DNA of 64,000 nucleotides from positions 128,001-192,000 of the forward strand of contig CAXXJS010000020.1 of assembly GCA_963662665.2 (NCBI GenBank), in the 5' to 3' direction. This document shows positions 49,725 through 59,502 of this stretch, one piece after another (position 1 is the first letter of the stretch; each line of letters begins with the position of its first letter). Under the pieces are notes generated by a model. The model did not search any database. It saw nothing but the letters and a program-made list of their open reading frames with translations, and was not told the origin of the DNA. Made by a program: the position numbers and the translations under genes. This DNA comes from Candidatus Latescibacterota bacterium. Lineage in GTDB: Bacteria > Latescibacterota > UBA2968 > GCA-2709665.

Positions 49725-50666
49725 ATGGAATACCGCACGCTCGGACGAACCGGACTTCGCGTTTCCGTCCTGGGCATCGGTACGGGCGGCCCGAGCCAGT
49801 TCGGACAGAATTCGGGCGTACCCGAGACCGATGTCAGCCGGATGGTGCGCAGGGCGTTGGCGCTGGGCGTCAATTTTTTCGATACCGCCTCGGGGTACGG
49901 GGAGAGCGAAGCCATTCTCGGCAGGGCATTGACTGGCGTGCCGCGGGAGGAATACGTGCTGGCAACCAAGGTGCAGGTGGCGCGGGATGAATGGACCTCC
50001 ACACCCGGGGAAGTGGCTGCCTCCGTGGAGCGGAGTCTTGCACGCCTCAAGGTCGACGTCATCGACATTATGCAGTTCCACGGCGTCAAGCCGGAAGACT
50101 ATGCCCGCACTATGGAAATTTTCCTGCCCGTGATGTCACGGCTCCGGGAGCAGGGCAAATTCCGCTTTCTCGGCGTATCGGAGACATATTCCCAGGATTT
50201 CCGACACGAGATGTTTCCCAGGGCGCTTGCCGACGACCATTTTGACACCGCTATGGTCGGGTACAACATGATCAGCCCCACGGCGGAGCATCGCGTCCTG
50301 CCGATGTGCCTCGAAAGGAACGTGGGTGTGATCTGCATGGTGGCGGTACGCCGGGCGCTGAGCAGGCCGGAGGTGCTGGCTGAGCGCATCGCCTATGCAA
50401 AGGAGAAGGGCCTGATTGAACGGGATTCCGTGCCCCACCACGATCCCCTGGGCTGGCTGGTGAAGGGGCATGTGACTTCGCTGCCGGCTGCCGCCTACAA
50501 ATACGTGGCGTCGCATCCGGCGATGGGCACGGTTCTTACCGGTACGGCGAACGTCGAACACCTGGAGTCAAACGTGAAAGCCATTCTCGGTCCGCCTCTG
50601 CCGGAGGAAGACATGGCGCGGCTGAGGGGTATCTTCGGCGCTGCGTGGGAGCCCCTGGGGAATTGA
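49725..50666 (+). CDS. Aldo/keto reductase
   Basis: YRTLGRTGLRVS.LGIG, FFDTASGYG.SE..LG, LATK, SLARL..D.ID...H, GKFR.LGVS. Confidence 0.9.
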   Translation: MEYRTLGRTGLRVSVLGIGTGGPSQFGQNSGVPETDVSRMVRRALALGVNFFDTASGYGESEAILGRALTGVPREEYVLATKVQVARDEWTSTPGEVAASVERSLARLKVDVIDIMQFHGVKPEDYARTMEIFLPVMSRLREQGKFRFLGVSETYSQDFRHEMFPRALADDHFDTAMVGYNMISPTAEHRVLPMCLERNVGVICMVAVRRALSRPEVLAERIAYAKEKGLIERDSVPHHDPLGWLVKGHVTSLPAAAYKYVASHPAMGTVLTGTANVEHLESNVKAILGPPLPEEDMARLRGIFGAAWEPLGN

Positions 50667-50817
50667 CGCTGAAAGAGGCGGGAAGAAGGAAGAAGGTAGA
50701 ATGAAGAGGGCCGCACCGCACACTACCGGGCTCGCGTTCCACTAAACGATTCACTTCTGTATGAACATTGCTGGAATCCGATTGCAGACGAACCACCCGT
50801 CAAACCGGAGATCCGAT

Positions 50818-51882
50818 GTGACTCTGATCGACGCGGACGTCCACAATTACCCCGATTCAATGGACGAACTCACGCCCTATCTGTCGAAGCGGTGGCAGGC
50901 GTACGTAAAGCAGTCGGGGTTTACAATACCTTCCGTGTCGATGTATCCAAAGCTCTATGCCCAGGCCGCCCGCCGCGACGCGTGGCCTTCAAGCGGCAAG
51001 CGGCCCGGCGCCGACGCCGAATTTGCCAGGGAGCAGTTGCTGGACGCCTGGGGTATCGGCTTTGCGGTCCTCAACCCGCTGGTCGCCGTGTCGGCCGTGC
51101 GCAATATCGATCTCGCCAACGCGCTACAGCGTGCCGTCAACGAATGGACCCGTGAGGCCTGGCTGGACGCCGACCGCAGGTGGCGCGGCTCGATCGTCGT
51201 CAATATCCAGGATGCGGATGCGGCCGCTTCAGAGATCGAGCGCCTCGCCACCGACCGGCGCTTTGTCCAGGTATTGCTGCTGGTGCGCTCGTACGCACCC
51301 TATGGCCGCCGTGAATTCAGGCCTATTTTTCGCGCCGCTGCTGCGGCCGACCTGCCCGTGGGCATTCATTTTGGCGGTGGCGGCAACCCGATTACGGCCA
51401 GCGGATGGCCGTCCTATTATATCGAGGATCACACGGGAATGTCGCAGGCCTTCGAGGCCCAGGTCATCAGCCTGGTATGCGAGGGTGTTTTCGAGGAATT
51501 TCCGTCGGCCCGCGTCGCCCTCATCGAGGGCGGATTTGCGTGGCTGCCGGCCCTGATGTGGCGGCTGGACAAGAACTACCGTGGTCTGCGCGGCGAAGTA
51601 CCGTGGCTTCGCAGGCTGCCCAGCGAATACATCCTGGATCACTTCCGCGCGACGACACAGCCCATGGAAGAACCGGCCGACCCCCGGCACCTGCTCGCCG
51701 TCCTGGAGATGATCGGGCGCGACGACTTTCTCATGTTCGCCACCGACTACCCGCACTGGGACTTCGACGCGCCCGACCGGGCCCTCCCGCGGGTGATCAA
51801 GGGCGCTCTCAGGCAGCGCATCCTGGCCGCAAACGCGGCGGCTTTCTATGGCCTCGAAAACAATCGACATCGGGTCAGTTGA
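50818..51882 (+). CDS. Amidohydrolase_2-fold metalloprotein (possible dinuclear oxygenase subunit)
   Basis: [51 protein letters not shown]. Confidence 0.82.
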   Translation: MTLIDADVHNYPDSMDELTPYLSKRWQAYVKQSGFTIPSVSMYPKLYAQAARRDAWPSSGKRPGADAEFAREQLLDAWGIGFAVLNPLVAVSAVRNIDLANALQRAVNEWTREAWLDADRRWRGSIVVNIQDADAAASEIERLATDRRFVQVLLLVRSYAPYGRREFRPIFRAAAAADLPVGIHFGGGGNPITASGWPSYYIEDHTGMSQAFEAQVISLVCEGVFEEFPSARVALIEGGFAWLPALMWRLDKNYRGLRGEVPWLRRLPSEYILDHFRATTQPMEEPADPRHLLAVLEMIGRDDFLMFATDYPHWDFDAPDRALPRVIKGALRQRILAANAAAFYGLENNRHRVS

Positions 51883-52213
51883 CGACTTTGAGGCTGGCCG
51901 GCCGCGACGGGTCGAAGCGGGAGGACGGGCGCTGATGGTGGTGCGGCGCGACCGGAGGTTCTTCGCGCTGCGCGATAACTGTCCTCACCAGGGCGCCCCG
52001 TTGTCCGCCGGAAAGGTGGACGGTACGCCCCTTCCGTGTCGTCCCGGCGATGAGATCTCCTTCGGACGCGTGGGCGAGATCCTGACCTGCCCCTGGCACG
52101 GGTGGCAGTTCGACGTGGCCACCGGCCGCGCCCTGATCGAGCCCGATCGATTCCGGGTGCGGGTGTATCCCGTCCGCGTTTCGGGCGGCCGCGTGGTCGT
52201 GCAGATGGATTGA
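51848..52213 (+). CDS. Rieske [2Fe-2S] ferredoxin
   Basis: CPHQGAPL ... CPWHGWQFD; overlaps the upstream gene. Confidence 0.92.
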   Translation: MASKTIDIGSVDDFEAGRPRRVEAGGRALMVVRRDRRFFALRDNCPHQGAPLSAGKVDGTPLPCRPGDEISFGRVGEILTCPWHGWQFDVATGRALIEPDRFRVRVYPVRVSGGRVVVQMD

Positions 52214-52478
52214 GCTTCCCCCCTTCCGCGTGTCCTCGGCCTCGCCCGCGCTTCATGGCCTTGGCGTTCATCGTGCCGGACGCGCGAACGACAATTCCCC
52301 GATCGGAGCCAGTGTTCTGTCCCGGAAATAAGTTGCCCAAATTCGACCGCCGAGTTGCCCGGCTCGCAAGGCGCCGGAGCGCAGGCGACCTGCGTAAGGT
52401 CGGCGAGCGAGGGGAACGTAGCGAGACGGGATGAATCGGCAGTCGAATGGTGAGGAATTTTAGGGACAGGACACAGAG

Positions 52479-53687
52479 TTGATCCGGATCAGCAATCCGT
52501 TTTCCGAATGGAACCGGGACTTCAAACTGCTGGGCGCTGCTGCCTTTTCCGTGGGCGTGTTTTTCGGCGTGCAACTCACGTTGTACAACAATTTCGCTGT
52601 GGATCGCCTGGGCATTAAGCCGCACGAACTCGGATACGTGGAGGCCCTGCGCGAGACGTCGGGATTCATGAACGCGTTTTTCGTCGCGCTCATGATGCGC
52701 CTGGCGCCGCCGGTCGTCGCGGGCGCCTCCCTTGTCGTGATGGGCGCCGGGCTTGCCGCGTACGCGGGGGTGAATACGATTTTTTCCCTCGCGGTATATT
52801 CGGCGCTGTGGGGTATCGGGTTCCACTGCTGGATTCCCATGGAGCAATCCATGGCGCTGCGGTTTTCGCCCGAGGGACAGAAGGGCAAATGGCTGGGGCA
52901 GTTGCGCAGCGTTCACGCCTTTGCGTGGCTGCTGACCATCGGGGCCTGCAATCTGATCTTCCACTTGATCCGCTACGATTGGCTGTTCGTGGGCGCCGGA
53001 GCGATTACTGTGCTGGGCGGGCTGACGATTTTCTTTGCCAGCAGAAAACGCCCGGAAGTGAGGGAGAAGAATTTCGTACTCCGGCGGCGCTACGGTCTGT
53101 ATTATGCGTTGAATTTTCTGCAGGGCTGCCGGAAGCAGATGTTTATCACGTTCGCCATCTTCGCGCTGGTTAAAGTCCACGGGATGCAGGTGGAAACGAC
53201 GATGGCGCTGGTACTGATCAATCAGACGCTGATTACACTGACGGCCCCGTTGATGGGCCGGTTGGTAGACAGGCATGGAGAACGGGCCGTACTCAGCTGG
53301 AGCTATATCGGGCTGTCGCTTGTCTTTTTCGGATACGGCGCGATTCAGCACCGCCCGACCCTGTACGTCCTCTACTGTGTCGACAATCTAATTTTCTTCG
53401 GGGGTATTGCGCTGACGACGTACCTGCACAAGATCGCGCCCCAGGAGGACCTGAAACCGACGCTTTCCATGGGCGTGACAATGAACCACTTTGCCGCGGT
53501 GGCGGCGCCGCTGGCGGGCGGGTTGGTCTGGCGGTACTTCGGCTACCAGGTGATCTTTTTCAGCGGCGCGGCAATGGCCCTGATTTCCCTGCTCGTGAGC
53601 CAGTGGGTGGATCCGGAGGGCATGCTGCGGCGCGAGCGGGAGGCGGTCGCGTTGGCGGACTGCTATTCGCCGTCCCGCGGCAGATGA
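52479..53687 (+). CDS. MFS transporter
   Basis: About 12 hydrophobic segments; GRLVDRHGER motif A in the second half. Confidence 0.85.
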   Translation: MIRISNPFSEWNRDFKLLGAAAFSVGVFFGVQLTLYNNFAVDRLGIKPHELGYVEALRETSGFMNAFFVALMMRLAPPVVAGASLVVMGAGLAAYAGVNTIFSLAVYSALWGIGFHCWIPMEQSMALRFSPEGQKGKWLGQLRSVHAFAWLLTIGACNLIFHLIRYDWLFVGAGAITVLGGLTIFFASRKRPEVREKNFVLRRRYGLYYALNFLQGCRKQMFITFAIFALVKVHGMQVETTMALVLINQTLITLTAPLMGRLVDRHGERAVLSWSYIGLSLVFFGYGAIQHRPTLYVLYCVDNLIFFGGIALTTYLHKIAPQEDLKPTLSMGVTMNHFAAVAAPLAGGLVWRYFGYQVIFFSGAAMALISLLVSQWVDPEGMLRREREAVALADCYSPSRGR

Positions 53688-53798
53688 GGAAAGGCAGGTC
53701 CGTCGCTGTCGGGCGCAGGAATGGACGAAAGACGAACAGGATTCTGTATTGGCAGCGTTTTTCGCGGTTAACGGCCGGTTTCTTCGGATTTGGAGGGT

Positions 53799-54755
53799 AT
53801 GATGGAATTTCGACAACTTGGAAAAACCGGAATTCGGGTTTCGGAGGTGGGATTGGGCTGCTGGCCCATCGGCGGAGCTTCGTTCAGGGGGGGGAGTCCA
53901 ACCGGATGGTCCGGCGTGGACGTGATGGAGTCGGTCGAAACCGTCCGCCGCTCGTGGGAGCGGGGCGTAACATTCTACGATACCGCGGACGCGTACGGTC
54001 GGGGGAAGAGCGAAGTGCTGGTGGGTCTGGGACTTTACGAAAACAAGAACGAGGCCGTGATATGCACCAAGGTCGGGATGAGTCTGGCGGCGCCGGGCCA
54101 GGACTTCTCTGAGCCGTATATCCTGGGCGCGCTGGACGCGAGTCTCACCCGCCTCGAGCGCGATTACGTGGATCTCTATTTGCTGCACGGTCCTCCCCTG
54201 GAGGGGATGACGGACACGTTGTTCGGACTGATGAACGACTTGAAGGGATCGGGCAAGATTCGCGCGTGGGGCGTGTCGATCAGTCCGGTGGAGACGTCCG
54301 ACAGGGTTGTGGAGGAAGGACTGCGCGCCATGGAAGGAGGAGCCGAGGCCATCCAGCTGGTGTACAATATCCTGCAGCAGAAGGAGGGCGACGCGCTGTT
54401 CCCCGCGGCAATGGAAAATGGCGTTGGGATGATCGCACGTGTTCCGCTGGCTTCGGGCTGGCTGACGGGGAAATACAACGCGCAAACGGTGTTTCCCGCA
54501 AACGATCTGCGAAGTCTCAGATACACGCCCGAAAGGGTGCGAGAGACGGCCGAGTTGGTCGCGAAGCTGGAATTTCTGCTGGAGGAGGCGGATTCGATGG
54601 TCGAAGCGGCACTGGGGTTCGTGCTCTCCAATCCGGCGGTTTCCACCGTCATTCCCGGCGCGAAGACGCCCGCGCAACTTACAGGTATCGTCAATGCGGC
54701 CGGGATGACGCTTTCCCGCAACTCCATGGAAAGGATCCGGGAACTGTTCGGCTGA
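53799..54755 (+). CDS. Aldo/keto reductase
   Basis: FRQLGKTGIRVSEVGLGCW, FYDTADAYG.G.SE, SL.RL.RDYVDLYLLH, GKIRAWGVS, PLASG.L, VIPGAK. Confidence 0.92.
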   Translation: MMEFRQLGKTGIRVSEVGLGCWPIGGASFRGGSPTGWSGVDVMESVETVRRSWERGVTFYDTADAYGRGKSEVLVGLGLYENKNEAVICTKVGMSLAAPGQDFSEPYILGALDASLTRLERDYVDLYLLHGPPLEGMTDTLFGLMNDLKGSGKIRAWGVSISPVETSDRVVEEGLRAMEGGAEAIQLVYNILQQKEGDALFPAAMENGVGMIARVPLASGWLTGKYNAQTVFPANDLRSLRYTPERVRETAELVAKLEFLLEEADSMVEAALGFVLSNPAVSTVIPGAKTPAQLTGIVNAAGMTLSRNSMERIRELFG

Positions 54756-54884
54756 ACGCGGGCTGCCGGCACATGACCGGGAAGTAAAGCCGGATTCGCA
54801 ACGAGGACGTTTCGAAAGAACCCCGGTTTCGATCAGGGGGCACGGACGGGGAATACGATCCGATAATCGGATGGAGGTTTCTTT

Positions 54885-55868
54885 ATGGTCGGATTCGCGG
54901 TGGTTGGCCTGGGCATGGGACGCAATCGGTCCAGGATGATACAGGACACGGATGGAGCGGAATTGAAAGTGGTGGTGGATCTGAACGAAACGCGGCTTAA
55001 GGAGGTGAGTTCGGACCTGGGCGTGGAGGGGACAACGGACCTGGAGGCGGCGTTGAGTCGTAATGACGTGGACGTGGTGATGGTGATGACGCCCAGCGGG
55101 ACCCACGCCGACGTGGGAATTCAGGCTGCACGGGCGGGCAAACACGTGATTACGACCAAGCCCATGGACGTGTCTACCGCGGCGTGCGATCGCTTGATCG
55201 CGGCGTGCAACCAGGCCGGCGTACTCTGTGGCGTAGACTACAACAGCCGTTACGTCGACAACAACTGTCGGGTGGCCGAGGCGCTGCGGCAGGGGTGGCT
55301 GGGCAAGCCTATTCTCGGCGAAGTGCGATTCAAATGGTTCCGGGCGCCGTCATACTTCGAGGCAAGCGGAGGATGGCGCGGGACATGGAAAATGGACGGC
55401 GGCGGATCGCTGGCCAATCAGGGGGCACATCTGCTGGACGTGCTGTGCTGGTTTATGGGCGACGCGGTTTCCGTCTATGGCGAAATGGCGATCATGAATC
55501 ACGACATCGAAACAGAGGATATCGGGTTGGCGATCGTGAATTTTAAGAGTGGTGCAAAAGGCACGGTTGTCGGAACCACCACCTTTCCAACGAGTGCCTA
55601 TTTCAGCGCCGAAGTTCATGGGACGGACGGCGGGGTGCTGATCGACGACGTGCTCAGCGGGAATATGCGTGTATTCGGCGAGGGTCTTCAGGAGAGGATG
55701 GCGGCAGTGCAGAACCCCTATCAGAATGTCGTGGAGGACGTGGTCAGCGCGGTGGAGAAGAATACCCCGCTCCGCGTCGATGGGAGGGAGGGCCGCCGGA
55801 CGGTGGCGTTACTGGAGGCTATCTATGCTTCCGCCCGGGAGGGCCGGCCGCTTAAGGCAGTCCGTTGA
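54885..55868 (+). CDS. Gfo/Idh/MocA oxidoreductase
   Basis: FAVVGLGMG, TPSGTH, GKHVITTKP, WRGTW..DGGG.LANQGAH.LD. Confidence 0.9.
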   Translation: MVGFAVVGLGMGRNRSRMIQDTDGAELKVVVDLNETRLKEVSSDLGVEGTTDLEAALSRNDVDVVMVMTPSGTHADVGIQAARAGKHVITTKPMDVSTAACDRLIAACNQAGVLCGVDYNSRYVDNNCRVAEALRQGWLGKPILGEVRFKWFRAPSYFEASGGWRGTWKMDGGGSLANQGAHLLDVLCWFMGDAVSVYGEMAIMNHDIETEDIGLAIVNFKSGAKGTVVGTTTFPTSAYFSAEVHGTDGGVLIDDVLSGNMRVFGEGLQERMAAVQNPYQNVVEDVVSAVEKNTPLRVDGREGRRTVALLEAIYASAREGRPLKAVR

Positions 55869-55886
55869 AAAAGTGCCGCTGCAGGC
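55857..55886. repeat. Partial MITE/REP-like element, CAGCCCGTTGAAAAAGTC family
   Basis: GCAGTCCGTTGAAAAAGTGCCGCTGCAGGC resembles the reverse complement of the right end of the 61357 copy; it contains the TGA stop of the upstream gene. Confidence 0.6.
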
Positions 55887-55945
55887 ATTCCAGTCGTGTC
55901 GCGCCCCGGGAAATCGAGCTCCGTGACCCGCTGCGCGCCCGCTGC

Positions 55946-56290
55946 CTACCCGTGGTCGTGATCCTCGTGAGAATCCGAGGCGTATTCCAGTGTCTTTGCC
56001 GCCAGTTGTTCACGGGCGATAAGGCCCTTTTCGATGGCCAATTCCTCAAGTGAAGCCACCCATCGGGCATAGTAACCCGACGGGTCGTCTTCCTTGTCCG
56101 ACGCGGCAATCCTGGAAGCCAGCGCCGCACTGAAATCGCGCCATTTGTACGCCCCCTTCTCACAAAGCGCCACTGCCAGACCAAAGGCGCGCGCTTCCCA
56201 GGGGGCGTGGAAAAGCAGTTCTCCGTTTTCCCGGGGCAGCGCAAACTCCATTTCCGCGTCTGCGATTTTCCGGTCGATGCCGCGGTTCAT
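55946..56290 (-). CDS. Nitrile hydratase accessory (activator) protein
   Basis: LPRENGELLFHAPWEARAFGLAV..W..F..YY.RW..SLE.L; His-rich tail HEDHDHG. Confidence 0.9.
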   Translation of the reverse strand: MNRGIDRKIADAEMEFALPRENGELLFHAPWEARAFGLAVALCEKGAYKWRDFSAALASRIAASDKEDDPSGYYARWVASLEELAIEKGLIAREQLAAKTLEYASDSHEDHDHG

Positions 56291-56297
56291 TTCCGTA

Positions 56298-56906
56298 TCA
56301 CCTTTCCGGGGGTTCTATTCTGGCCACGCCAATCATTGCGTCGCGCGTCACCAGCGGGACGAGCGCCTCTTCCGTATAGTCTTCCGTGCCGTCGGGCCGT
56401 TCCGGCAGTACCATATATCGGAGGTCCGAATTGCTGTCCCACACGCGGACCTCTACCGAATCCGGCAGATGAAGGTCGAATTCCCGCAGCACGGCCCGGG
56501 GTTCCCGCACGAGGCGTGAGCGATAGGCGTAGGATTTGTACCAGCCGGGCGGCAGGCCGAGTACGGGCCAGGGGTAGCAGGAACAGAGTGTGCAGACGAC
56601 AACGTGGTGGACCCTTGACGTGTTTTCCAGAACGACGATTTCGGCGCCCTCCCTGCCGACGAAACCCAGTTCGGCAATCGCCGCCGTGCCATTTTCCAGC
56701 AGTCGGCCTTTATAGTCGGGGTCCGTCCAGGCACGGGCGACCACCCTGGCGCCGTTGAGCGGCCCAACGTCTTTCTCGTACCTGTCTACGACGCTGTCTA
56801 TGATTTCGGTCGTCAGCAACCCTTTCTCAACCAGGAGCGATTCGAGCGCCCGGGTGCGAAGGGCCGCGTCGGACTCGCTCAGGTCGGGCTTTCCATTTCC
56901 GGTCAT
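56298..56906 (-). CDS. nthA: Nitrile hydratase alpha subunit, cobalt type
   Basis: [11 protein letters not shown], metal-binding [10 protein letters not shown] (Thr/Tyr indicate Co type), LGLPP.WYK, RYMVLP.RP. Confidence 0.96.
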   Translation of the reverse strand: MTGNGKPDLSESDAALRTRALESLLVEKGLLTTEIIDSVVDRYEKDVGPLNGARVVARAWTDPDYKGRLLENGTAAIAELGFVGREGAEIVVLENTSRVHHVVVCTLCSCYPWPVLGLPPGWYKSYAYRSRLVREPRAVLREFDLHLPDSVEVRVWDSNSDLRYMVLPERPDGTEDYTEEALVPLVTRDAMIGVARIEPPER

Positions 56907-56936
56907 GGCAGCCGATCCTCTCTATTCTGATTGTGA

Positions 56937-57608
56937 TTACGCTGTTTCCAGGTAGCCTTCCCACATATCCAGATACACGGCATCGTCGGCTTCGGCCGAC
57001 GCCCCCCACAATTCACGGGATTCGAAGCGGACGGCATATAGCGGTTGGTCGCGGCGGGCGCACCCGTCGGGCATTACGGCGTCCTGTAACTTGTGGATTC
57101 CGTAGAAGCGTGCGACGAAACCGGCTTTGCCCCTGACGTACCGGGGAAGCCGGGTGTGCCCCTCGGGGTGGATGACGCGCGCCCTTACCCGGTCGCCCTT
57201 TTCAAACTGCGGCTGGATATCCCCTTGCGAACCGGGCAGCGAATCGGGTCCCGGGCCTGCGAGTCCCGCCCGGACGACATCCGGATCGGGGTGGACAGGG
57301 GTCACGGCGTCCGGACTGTTTCGGAACAAGGACATTCTCTTCTCCAGTTCCTCCGGCGTCAGCACACCGGCATCGATCAGGCCCTTGATCCTGGAATGCA
57401 GCCATTTTTCATAGTAGGAGGAAGACAGGTAGAATGCCGGATCCAGGTTCTCGATATTGTTGCGTGAACCTCCGGGGACGGGCACGGGCGTGGCTGCGGC
57501 AATGCCCAGCACGCGCCTTTCCCAACGATGGTGAAATATCGGTTCGTTTTCTTCGCGAACGATAGGGCCGAATCCGTGCATGCCGCCCATGTCGTGTATG
57601 CCGTCCAT
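56937..57608 (-). CDS. nthB: Nitrile hydratase beta subunit
   Basis: MDGIHDMGGMHGFG, FH..WE.R, YYEKW, GHTRLPRYVRGK.G, Y.VRF...ELWG, D.WE.YL. Confidence 0.95.
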   Translation of the reverse strand: MDGIHDMGGMHGFGPIVREENEPIFHHRWERRVLGIAAATPVPVPGGSRNNIENLDPAFYLSSSYYEKWLHSRIKGLIDAGVLTPEELEKRMSLFRNSPDAVTPVHPDPDVVRAGLAGPGPDSLPGSQGDIQPQFEKGDRVRARVIHPEGHTRLPRYVRGKAGFVARFYGIHKLQDAVMPDGCARRDQPLYAVRFESRELWGASAEADDAVYLDMWEGYLETA

Positions 57609-57699
57609 ATTTCGCTCCTGTGGATTCGTGCGGGCCGTGCGCCCGATTCGGCGGGTCCTGCGGACGTTTCAACCTGCGGAGGGCTGATCGGCTGATCAA

Positions 57700-58410
57700 T
57701 CAGGTTCTTCGCGCGTCGTTCCCGTCATAGACGGTATCGCCGCGGACCCGAATGCGTTTGGGGTTTGGCGCGTCGGCCAGTTCATCCACGCTGTGGTATC
57801 CGATGGTCATGCTCATGCGGGTGCTGTCCGTACGGTTCTGACCAATGCCATGCATAACCATGCTGTCTATTACCAGCATGCCGCCGGCGGGCATGGGCGC
57901 GACCAACGCCTGCGTGAGTATGGATTGGGTCCACCCCTGTCCGTAAAGGCGACCTTCGATGCCGGGAAAATGGTGGGAGCCGGGCACGAGAAGCGTGGCG
58001 CCGTTTTCGGCCGTCGTCTCTTCCAGGTAGAAGATGACGGAAAAGATCGTCCGGGACCATTGTCTGACGTCCCGGTGGAATCCGTCCGCCCCGGTCTCTA
58101 CCGACGTATTCAGCGTTGCATGGTTGTGCCGGTTCTTGACGAGTTCAATATTGGGCCCCATCAGGCTCTCCAACGGATCGAGTACTCTGGAACTGGAGGC
58201 CGTCTCAAGGAAGATCGGGTCCCGGTCCACCAGATCCGATATTCTGACCACGCGCCCCTCTTTATTCCGCACCACCGGTTCGACTTCCGCCTCGATGTCT
58301 GCCAGAACGGCCCGTCGAAGTTTCCCAACGGTGTTTTCCGGAATGCGATCCGGCAGTTTCAGGAAGCCGTTGTGGCGAAACAGGTGTACCTGTTCGGGTG
58401 AGAGCGACAT
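57700..58410 (-). CDS. PhyH-family Fe(II)/2-oxoglutarate dioxygenase (canonical HxD...H)
   Basis: FRHNGF, FHRD, ENGATLLVPGSH, MPAGG, VMHG..N, R.SM. Confidence 0.88.
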   Translation of the reverse strand: MSLSPEQVHLFRHNGFLKLPDRIPENTVGKLRRAVLADIEAEVEPVVRNKEGRVVRISDLVDRDPIFLETASSSRVLDPLESLMGPNIELVKNRHNHATLNTSVETGADGFHRDVRQWSRTIFSVIFYLEETTAENGATLLVPGSHHFPGIEGRLYGQGWTQSILTQALVAPMPAGGMLVIDSMVMHGIGQNRTDSTRMSMTIGYHSVDELADAPNPKRIRVRGDTVYDGNDARRT

Positions 58411-58424
58411 TGGCCGTGATCCTT

Positions 58425-59162
58425 TTACGGGAGTTGCGGGAAAGGGTGGGGGTGTCCAACGTAGACCCGTTCTCCTGCCGCCAGGATTTTTTCCGGATCG
58501 TCCTTTATCACGTCGTGCGGATCGTGCGCCTGGTAGCCCAGGGTCATGCTTCTGCGGGAAGCGTTTGCGCCGTTGACGCCGGCGCCGTGAAAACAGCAGT
58601 CGTTGAAGAGCAGCACGCCTCCCCGGGGCATCGGTACAGGAAGGGATTTATGGTGGAGGTCGCTCGTTTCGAATCCCTCGTTCGGACGCCGCCGGCGCTG
58701 GAAGGGGCGCCTGTGACTCCCCGGCACAATGCGGATGCAGCCGTTCTCCAGGGTGGCGTCCTCGAGGTAGATGAGGGCGGTGACCAGCGTGGGATGGTAG
58801 GGTTCCTCCCCGCTGTGCCAGTAAACGTGTTCGGACCCGGGCGGCCGCACCATGATGTGATTGTGTTTGTTCGTGAGCAGTTCGATATTGGGCCCGAGGA
58901 TGGATGTCAGTGGATCCAGCACAACGGGATGGAGGGCAGCCTCGACGTACGCGGGGTCGCGCGAGAGAATCTTCGAGAGACGTCGCACCGCATCCGGTTC
59001 GCGGGAGCCGGTTTTCTCCCACACAACCGGCTCGACCATCTCTCCGATCTGCCGATCGGTCACGGCATTGAGGCGTTCGACCAGGTCTTCCGGCAGCGGC
59101 TCCGGGACCCGGTGGAAGCCCGTGTGGTTGAAATACCAGAGATCCTCTTCGGTCAGGGACAA
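58425..59162 (-). CDS. PhyH-family Fe(II)/2OG enzyme with HxG motif (candidate halogenase)
   Basis: YWHSGEE at the position of HRD in the paralog; ENGCIRIVPGSH, FHGAGVN, RRSM. Confidence 0.85.
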   Translation of the reverse strand: MSLTEEDLWYFNHTGFHRVPEPLPEDLVERLNAVTDRQIGEMVEPVVWEKTGSREPDAVRRLSKILSRDPAYVEAALHPVVLDPLTSILGPNIELLTNKHNHIMVRPPGSEHVYWHSGEEPYHPTLVTALIYLEDATLENGCIRIVPGSHRRPFQRRRRPNEGFETSDLHHKSLPVPMPRGGVLLFNDCCFHGAGVNGANASRRSMTLGYQAHDPHDVIKDDPEKILAAGERVYVGHPHPFPQLP

Positions 59163-59502
59163 GGCATCCTCCCGTTGTCTGTGAACGGTGTGGCCGATCC
59201 GGCGGGCATGTTAAAACGGGGCCAGCCGCCTTGTCAAGGTTATTCTGGATGTCAGGACGGACGATTGCAGAATGCCTGCCTGGGGAATTCACCTTCCGGA
59301 TTGACGGGACGCGACGCGGGTCATTTTAACTGTGGCGTGAAATTCAAAAAACGTTATATTTAATATTGCAAGCGTGCGATGCCCACACCGATCGGGCTTC
59401 TAAACGTTTCAACCCGTCAGGGTGGGCAGACGATCTGCAAAGGTTGAGTGGCCGCTCCCGAAGGGGCGGTCTCTATTATGTTTAATTGGAAAGGGTTGCT
59501 AC

